Origin: Promethearchaeota archaeon
Lineage (GTDB): Archaea > Asgardarchaeota > Lokiarchaeia > Sigyniarchaeales > SOKP01
Length of the DNA: 12,256 bases
Reading direction: 5' to 3'
Assembly: GCA_016839745.1 (NCBI GenBank)
Contig: JAEOTS010000142.1
Coordinates: 1 to 12,256 of the forward strand
The position numbers were made by a program, and so were the translations under genes. This document shows, piece by piece, positions 6,881 to 12,256 of the stretch (the stretch's first letter is position 1; each line of letters begins with the position of its first letter). The notes under the pieces are model-generated. The model did no database searches. It had not been told where the DNA came from and worked only from the letters and a program-made list of their open reading frames with translations.

Positions 6881-7027
6881 TTAATCATATCTATAAAATC
6901 CAATTTCTTTTCCAATTTCGTAAAAACAACGACGACATATATATAAACCATACCTCCTTATTATACCTCTGTGTGTATGGCAACGTCTACACTCTCTTTG
7001 ACCTTTACCTAATTTACCTTGTGGCAT
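6881..7027 (-). CDS. rps14: 30S ribosomal protein uS14 (Zn-finger type), 48 aa, absent from the ORF track
   Basis: MPQGKLGKGQRECRRCHTHRGIIRRYGLYICRRCFYEIGKEIGFYRYD*; CxxC...CxxC; SD GAGTGA 5 nt upstream; canonical position between uL5 and uS8. Confidence 0.97.
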   Translation of the reverse strand: MPQGKLGKGQRECRRCHTHRGIIRRYGLYICRRCFYEIGKEIGFYRYD

Positions 7028-7052
7028 AATTATCACTCTTGTTTTTAAATAA

Positions 7053-7658
7053 TTAAATAAAATCTAATTCTAATTTATCAACAATTTCAATTCCAAAATT
7101 TTTTTTTAAGAAATATTGAGCTTCTAAGCGAGAGACATAATGATGTTTGGGTACTTTAGCTTGCCCTTTTCTTCTGTATTTTACTCGCATTCCAGGTCTC
7201 ACTATTCGACCAACAACATCAAGCCCCCAGATGCCAATTACATTGTCATATTCTATTCCTGGAATGGTAATATGTTCTGTAATTCCAAACCCAAAATTTC
7301 CATAATTATCGAAGCTTTTTTTTAACATTTTATCATTGTTTACGACAAAAAGTCTTTTTAATAATTTTTCAGCTTCTTGATTGCGAACGGTAACCATTGT
7401 ACCGATTGGACGTCCTATTCTCAAGTTAAACTCTTTCACATTTTTCTTAGATAAAGTTTTTACAGCAGTTTTACCAGAGATAGTTTGTAAGACGGTAGCT
7501 GCTCTCTCTAACTCTTCTCCTCCAGCACCCACTCCAATATTAAGAACTACCTTTTCTAAATAAGGTTTCTTCATCGGGTTAGTCCACATTTCTTCAAAGA
7601 TTTTTTCTTGTTCCTTCATAGATTTTTTCTTCGTTTCTCTTACTGCTTTCGCTGACAT
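7053..7658 (-). CDS. rpl5: 50S ribosomal protein uL5
   Basis: NPMKKPYLEKVVLNIGVG, PIGTMVTVR, FDNYGNFGFGITEHI, IGIWGLDV, RPGMRV; about 25-aa charged N-terminal extension. Confidence 0.98.
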   Translation of the reverse strand: MSAKAVRETKKKSMKEQEKIFEEMWTNPMKKPYLEKVVLNIGVGAGGEELERAATVLQTISGKTAVKTLSKKNVKEFNLRIGRPIGTMVTVRNQEAEKLLKRLFVVNNDKMLKKSFDNYGNFGFGITEHITIPGIEYDNVIGIWGLDVVGRIVRPGMRVKYRRKGQAKVPKHHYVSRLEAQYFLKKNFGIEIVDKLELDFI

Positions 7659-7679
7659 GACAAATTTCCTCTCTTAATA

Positions 7680-8432
7680 TTATTCTAATTCTGGTAAATT
7701 AATTTCAGATTGGTCTTCTCCTATGATAAAAGTATAGTCATAAAGGGTTTCAGTATGCTCTGAATTATGTTGTATAGATACTGTACTTGCTTTCGGACCG
7801 AACCTCTTTAAAATATTTATGACTTTTCCCACTTGTCCAATATTTTTCCCGGACATGATTAATGCTAAATTCCCTTCCTTGAACTTTAATACTTTTAGAA
7901 TTTCTTGCTCAGGAACGGAAATTTTTAATACATCCATTCTTTTATAAATATCCTCTTTAGGTTTTCTTGGATCCTTCACCTGTACAAATATATTTCTTCC
8001 ATCGTGTAAGTTTAATTGTATATGTCCTCCCTTTAATGTGGATTTCTGAGTAATTCTACACAATTTAAACATACTCTCTGCTTCGACTATTTCGTGCAAT
8101 ATCAATCCGTGGTGAGAATCTGGAAGAATTCGATAATGTTTGTTCAGCTTTTCGATGCTTAACACATCCATTAAACCTACAGGATATGTTTTATCTCTAA
8201 CGATCTTTCCATCTACTTTAAAACGGCCTAATCCTATTAATTTTTTTGCTTCTCTGTGGTTATCAACTATATTTAATAGATCCCTTACGATATGTAGTAA
8301 TGGTAAACAGAATCTACCAGGGTGAGGTCCCGGTGATGGTTTCATAAAGAATTTGCCATGCTTTCTTTTTATTTGTAAGAATTTGGGCGTATTAAGTCTT
8401 TTTAAAGCTCTTGTGCCACCATGTCTAGTCAT
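7680..8432 (-). CDS. rps4e: 30S ribosomal protein eS4
   Basis: LKRLNTP, PSPGPH, LPLLHIVRD, VDGKIVRD..YPVGLMDV, KLCRI, QLNLHDGRN, GKNIGQVG. Confidence 0.98.
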   Translation of the reverse strand: MTRHGGTRALKRLNTPKFLQIKRKHGKFFMKPSPGPHPGRFCLPLLHIVRDLLNIVDNHREAKKLIGLGRFKVDGKIVRDKTYPVGLMDVLSIEKLNKHYRILPDSHHGLILHEIVEAESMFKLCRITQKSTLKGGHIQLNLHDGRNIFVQVKDPRKPKEDIYKRMDVLKISVPEQEILKVLKFKEGNLALIMSGKNIGQVGKVINILKRFGPKASTVSIQHNSEHTETLYDYTFIIGEDQSEINLPELE

Positions 8433-8864
8433 CTATATCTCTTCCTCCTCTTTTTGTTTTTTGGGAGCTTTTAACTCTTCATCAGTGAATCCAAAGACAA
8501 CTTTACGATCAATCATGTTTGCTCTCCATGGGTCCATTTTCTTCTCTTTAGAGAATTTAGTTATTACTACTTTTGAAACATGAATCGCAGGATGAAATTG
8601 GGTTCCATCTGCTTTGTCAAAAGTCGCTTCCTTTATTTTTATGCGCTGATTTTTAGTTATCTCGATTACCTCGCCTTCAAAGTCTTTGAACTCACCTCTT
8701 GTAATTCGTACTCCATCGCCCACTCTTATAGGAAGCGCTTTTATCCCATATTCTTCTCTTAAAAAATCTGCAACTCTTGCAGACAATAACTTTGACCGTT
8801 GATGATTCTGATGCTGATATAATGCTTTCCTCTGTCTCCGAGGTTGTTTTGAATTAACTTTCAT
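8433..8864 (-). CDS. rpl24: 50S ribosomal protein uL24
   Basis: SKQPRRQRKALY, LPIRVGDGVRITRGEFK (KOW), KADGT, IHVSKVVITK. Confidence 0.97.
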   Translation of the reverse strand: MKVNSKQPRRQRKALYQHQNHQRSKLLSARVADFLREEYGIKALPIRVGDGVRITRGEFKDFEGEVIEITKNQRIKIKEATFDKADGTQFHPAIHVSKVVITKFSKEKKMDPWRANMIDRKVVFGFTDEELKAPKKQKEEEEI

Positions 8865-8886
8865 TTTTTTTCACACTATTTTTTAT

Positions 8887-9312
8887 CTAAATAATTAATG
8901 AAGAAATTGAGGCTAAACGTGGAAATAATTCCGCAGCTTCTCTTGCTATAGGTCCACGAATTTCTGTGGCTTTAGGATCGCCTTCTTTGGTTATTATCAC
9001 ACCAGCATTATCTTCAAAACATAATCTAGTTCCGTCTAATCTTCTAAAGATCATTTTCTGCCTAACTATTACCGCTTTTAAAATATTTCCGCGTAAATCT
9101 GGACGACCTTTTTTAATAGTTACTGTACAAACATCTCCGACAGTAGCTTTTGGTAACCTCCTTAATCGCGTCTTTGCGTGATCTACATTAATAATTTGTG
9201 CTATTTTAGCACCTGAATTATCTGTAATAAAGATTTTTGAACCGTTTTGTACACCATAACTAGTTCTTGGTTTAACTAGCGTTTTTCGTCCAAGCTTTCT
9301 TCTCGTTCCCAT
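8887..9312 (-). CDS. rpl14: 50S ribosomal protein uL14
   Basis: DNSGAK, RRLPKATVGD, KKGRPDLR, AVIVRQ, RRLDGTRLCFEDNAGVI, GPIAREAAE. Confidence 0.98.
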   Translation of the reverse strand: MGTRRKLGRKTLVKPRTSYGVQNGSKIFITDNSGAKIAQIINVDHAKTRLRRLPKATVGDVCTVTIKKGRPDLRGNILKAVIVRQKMIFRRLDGTRLCFEDNAGVIITKEGDPKATEIRGPIAREAAELFPRLASISSLII

Positions 9313-9663
9313 CTAAGCAGCCCCAGTTTTTAATTTTTCTAATACTATGAAAGCTTTTGTTTTAGAAAGTTTTCTACTTTCTCCAACTCGCACTAAATCT
9401 CCTACTTTAATTTCGTGATCAAGACATTCAGGTAGGTGACATGCGAGTCTCGAATTACGCCTTTCATATCTTTGATATTTTTTAACGAATTGAACATAAT
9501 CCTGCCTGATAATTACGGTGTTTCTTGATTTTTTGTTAACAACTACTCCTTTAGTAATTTTTCCTCTGATTCGTGATTTCCCATGGAATGGACAATCTTT
9601 ATCACTACATTCACGGGTAGTTGGGGGATTAACTCCGGGAATACCAATATTTCTAACGCTCAT
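9313..9663 (-). CDS. rps17: 30S ribosomal protein uS17
   Basis: RNIGI, CSDKDCPFHG, KKYQRYERR, HLPEC, GDLVRVGESRKLSKTKAF. Confidence 0.98.
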   Translation of the reverse strand: MSVRNIGIPGVNPPTTRECSDKDCPFHGKSRIRGKITKGVVVNKKSRNTVIIRQDYVQFVKKYQRYERRNSRLACHLPECLDHEIKVGDLVRVGESRKLSKTKAFIVLEKLKTGAA

Positions 9664-9664
9664 T

Positions 9665-9958
9665 TTATTTCCTTGACCACTTCTTTTTTTTTAAACTTCT
9701 TAATCTATTTTCAGGAATGCCTACAATCTTTGATCCATTCACTTCTAGCGTTCCATCATTAAGCTTGATTCTAAAAAAATAATCTTTTTTGATATATTTT
9801 TTTATTATTTTATTTTTCTCTGATATTAACATATTCTGAGTATCATCAATTACCACGCCAATATCTAGGAATTTAGAATTATTTGGCTTTGATTTAAGTC
9901 TAGCTTCTACTTCAAAGCCAATTAAATCGTGGTAAATCAGATATTTTGGGCTTATCAT
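9665..9958 (-). CDS. rnp1: Ribonuclease P protein component 1 (Rpp29/POP4 family)
   Basis: ISPKYLIYHDLIG, GVVIDDTQNML, VNGSKIVGIPENRL; conserved archaeal position between uL29 and uS17. Confidence 0.92.
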   Translation of the reverse strand: MISPKYLIYHDLIGFEVEARLKSKPNNSKFLDIGVVIDDTQNMLISEKNKIIKKYIKKDYFFRIKLNDGTLEVNGSKIVGIPENRLRSLKKKKWSRK

Positions 9959-9969
9959 TATAAAATCAT

Positions 9970-10167
9970 CTATTTTTCTTCGTTTTTTACAGTAAGAATC
10001 CTTGCTATTTGCTTTTTTAGAAGTTTTGCCTTCGCAGGGTTATCTGAGATACCCCCACCAGTTTGCTGGCTGTATAACATCATTAATTCTTCTCTCAATG
10101 TTATCAAATTCCTCTCTCTTTCTCTTTCGTCCATTTCTCGAACCTTTGCTGCCGTAATAATATCCAT
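9970..10167 (-). CDS. rpl29: 50S ribosomal protein uL29
   Basis: AKVREM, LREELM, GG..DNPAK, KKQIARILTVKNE; SD GGGAG upstream. Confidence 0.95.
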   Translation of the reverse strand: MDIITAAKVREMDERERERNLITLREELMMLYSQQTGGGISDNPAKAKLLKKQIARILTVKNEEK

Positions 10168-10201
10168 TTTTTACTCTCCCTTTTTTTATTGAGTTTTACT
10201 T

Positions 10202-10993
10202 CTATTCTTCAGTTTGATCATCAGATTCTTTTTCTGATTCTAAAGAGATTTCAGAAATATCTTCTTCTTCGACTTCTTCGAATAATTCTTTCTCTACCTC
10301 AGTTAATTCTTCTTCTTCCTCAGAAACTTCGTAATCCTTTTCAGCTTTCGTTTTAGTTATTTCTGATATCTTTTTTGCTTGAGCTTTTGCTAAAGTTTCA
10401 TCATTAATTTTAACTGTGTCGCCCATTCTTATATCTGCGTGCATAATCTTAACTATAATCCCAAGAGTACCTGATTTCTGAATACATTGAGCTACACCTC
10501 TATCTACTCCTTCTTGAGCCGGCTGTCCTGATTTTTTCATTGTACCTGCCCTAAAAACTGTAGTTCGAGCCCGTTGTGAAGTTACTTTGCCAGAGACGAT
10601 AATTTCTGTGCCTTTAGCTCCAGAATCCATTATTTTTCTCAAAATGTAATACCCTGCTCTTCTGTAATGCCTTCCCCGATCTAACGAATATGCTAAACGT
10701 TCCGCCATAATTTGTGCGTTTAAATCTGGGTTTGGTACTTCTTCTACTTCAATCTGGGGCATTTCTAGTCCAAATTTATCTTGAAGGACATCCGTAATCT
10801 CTTGAATACGCTTTCCACCCTTCCCAATCACGAGTCCTGGTCGACTTGTTTTTAGAGTAATCCTAACTCCGAGGGGTGTCTTTTGAATATCAACACCTGC
10901 AAATCCTGCACGAACAAGTTCAGATCTCAAATATTCGTTTATTTGCATTAACTTAATACCCTGTTCAATAAAGTGCTTGGCTAAAGGACTCAT
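10202..10993 (-). CDS. rps3: 30S ribosomal protein uS3 with long acidic C-terminal tail
   Basis: KH domain RPGLVIGKGGKRI, PDLNAQIMAERLA, GAKGTEIIVSGK, GTLGIIVKIM. Confidence 0.98.
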   Translation of the reverse strand: MSPLAKHFIEQGIKLMQINEYLRSELVRAGFAGVDIQKTPLGVRITLKTSRPGLVIGKGGKRIQEITDVLQDKFGLEMPQIEVEEVPNPDLNAQIMAERLAYSLDRGRHYRRAGYYILRKIMDSGAKGTEIIVSGKVTSQRARTTVFRAGTMKKSGQPAQEGVDRGVAQCIQKSGTLGIIVKIMHADIRMGDTVKINDETLAKAQAKKISEITKTKAEKDYEVSEEEEELTEVEKELFEEVEEEDISEISLESEKESDDQTEE

Positions 10994-11042
10994 ATTCTTT
11001 AATCTCTTTGATTATTTAATTTAATCTATTAAAATTTTTAAC

Positions 11043-11522
11043 TTAACTTGGAAATTCATAAATTACAATTTCTACGTGACTTAGATGCCCAAATTTTGCG
11101 GATGATCTACCATGAGCACGCTGAATATAACGCTTAATTATCCGACCTCTGTGCGTAGCAGAGTGAATAATTCTACATTGTTCGGTGTCTAAACCTTTAA
11201 ATTCTGCATTGGATTCTACTGATGTGAGGATTTCATAAATTCTCGCAGCAGCTTTTTGTGGATATCGACCAGCATACCAATTAAATTGTTTTAAATCCTT
11301 TCTATGAGCTTGCTTCTTTTTATGTTTTCTAAAAGGGACTGATTGCTGTAGCTGAATTACTTTTTCAAGATATATCTTAGCTTGATCTACTTTCATACCT
11401 TTAATTACAGCACAAATTTCTCTTGCTGGTTTTGGTTTTATGCGTAAATCTCTCCCCGCAGCTTTAGCTAGTCTATCTGCGTCATATTTTTGCTCAGTAA
11501 AGGAATAACCCCAATTTGGCAT
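11043..11522 (-). CDS. rpl22: 50S ribosomal protein uL22
   Basis: AREICAVIKGM, VPFRKH, GRYPQKAA, NAEFKGLD, RAHGR, SHVEIV. Confidence 0.98.
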   Translation of the reverse strand: MPNWGYSFTEQKYDADRLAKAAGRDLRIKPKPAREICAVIKGMKVDQAKIYLEKVIQLQQSVPFRKHKKKQAHRKDLKQFNWYAGRYPQKAAARIYEILTSVESNAEFKGLDTEQCRIIHSATHRGRIIKRYIQRAHGRSSAKFGHLSHVEIVIYEFPS

Positions 11523-11566
11523 TACTTATCATCTCAATTATTATTTTATTATTAACGATTATTATT

Positions 11567-12100
11567 CTATTTTAATGGAACATATTTACTTGAACGTGTG
11601 GCTCCGATTCCTGGTGAACCATGTTGAACATACCTTCTAGTTAATGAAAACTCTCCTAAGTAATGAGCGATCATTTCAGGTTTAACCTCTACAATTTCAT
11701 ATGATTTTCCGTTGTATACCCCGATTTTTAAACCAACCATTTCAGGAAAGATCAACATATCTCTAACATGGGTTCTCGTAAGAATATCTTTTCCTCTTTT
11801 CTTAGCTCTATAAGCCCTTCTAAGTCTTTCGAGGAGTTTTTTCTGTCTGGGGGGCAATCCTCTTCTTAACGATCTTCGTGCTCTTGCCGGAAGTAATTGG
11901 ATAAATTCGTCCATATTCATTTTTTTAAGCTCTTCTAATGTATGGCCGCGATAATGAAATTTGAGACGATCTCTCTCTTTTGCTAAATCTAATTCTTTAT
12001 CGTCTATTTCTTCTTCAAGTTCTTCTGAGGATTCTTCTGATGCTTCCTCATTTGTCATTTCTTTTTGTTCTTCATTATCTTGTTCTTCATTCGGAGACAT
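11567..12100 (-). CDS. rps19: 30S ribosomal protein uS19 with acidic N-terminal extension
   Basis: [71 protein letters not shown]; SD GGTGG upstream of ATG 12100. Confidence 0.98.
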   Translation of the reverse strand: MSPNEEQDNEEQKEMTNEEASEESSEELEEEIDDKELDLAKERDRLKFHYRGHTLEELKKMNMDEFIQLLPARARRSLRRGLPPRQKKLLERLRRAYRAKKRGKDILTRTHVRDMLIFPEMVGLKIGVYNGKSYEIVEVKPEMIAHYLGEFSLTRRYVQHGSPGIGATRSSKYVPLK

Positions 12101-12203
12101 TTTTCCACCAATCTATTTGTTCCATTCATTATATTTTGTTTATTTTTTACGCTTATATTGACACGTGTAATGAATTTAGTTATCTATCAAATTTTAATTT
12201 TAT

Positions 12204-12231
12204 TAAAACGAGAGAACTAAAAACCAAAAAC
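12204..12231 (-). terminator. Possible archaeal oligo-T terminator after the upstream gene
   Basis: The minus strand reads GTTTTTGGTTTTTAGTTCTCTCGTTTT immediately after TAA at 12234-12232. Confidence 0.35.
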
Positions 12232-12256
12232 TTAAAAGGTTGCCATACGACCTTCG
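12232..12256 (-). CDS. 3' end of an upstream gene (...EGRMATF*), possibly uL23
   Basis: Only 7 codons are visible. The pattern xR-hydrophobic-small-x-F* resembles archaeal uL23 C-termini (SRLGVF-like), not the basic uL2 C-terminus. Sequence is more GC-rich than the adjacent spacer. Confidence 0.3.

Noticed and set aside
11523-11566. AATAAT-like repeats between rps19 and rpl22
   Set aside because: Low-complexity AT-rich spacer with no regular unit structure.
2837-12161. Short alternative ORFs within the ribosomal cluster (e.g. 2862-3119, 3692-3886, 5003-5275, 6267-6524, 7140-7563, 8140-8762, 8966-9181, 9929-10192, 11961-12161)
   Set aside because: Shadows of well-conserved ribosomal protein genes. 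Their Phe/Leu/Ser-rich composition reflects the reverse complement of Lys/Glu codons.

Overview
AT-rich archaeal DNA; the protein sequences look Asgard/Lokiarchaeia-like, which is an inference. Most of the window (2598-12100, minus strand) is the archaeal S10/spc ribosomal protein cluster: uS19-uL22-uS3-uL29-Rnp1-uS17-uL14-uL24-eS4-uL5-uS14-uS8-uL6-eL32-eL19-uL18-uS5-uL30-uL15. It ends at uL15 with no secY, lacks SUI1, and apparently has no uL2 directly upstream. uS14 is missing from the ORF track. uS8 and uL15 appear to start at non-canonical ATA and ATT codons placed at the operon's usual Shine-Dalgarno spacing. The left end holds the most interesting locus, a divergent gene pair. One gene is a CbrT-like ECF transporter S-component (1884-2546, +). 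The other is a >582-aa surface protein (1748 to <1, minus strand) absent from the ORF track because its stop lies outside the window. It has a signal peptide, two tandem copies of an unrecognised ~185-aa domain, a two-helix membrane hairpin and a C-terminal transcobalamin-like DUF4430 domain. Together they look like a candidate archaeal cobalamin/corrinoid capture-and-uptake module.
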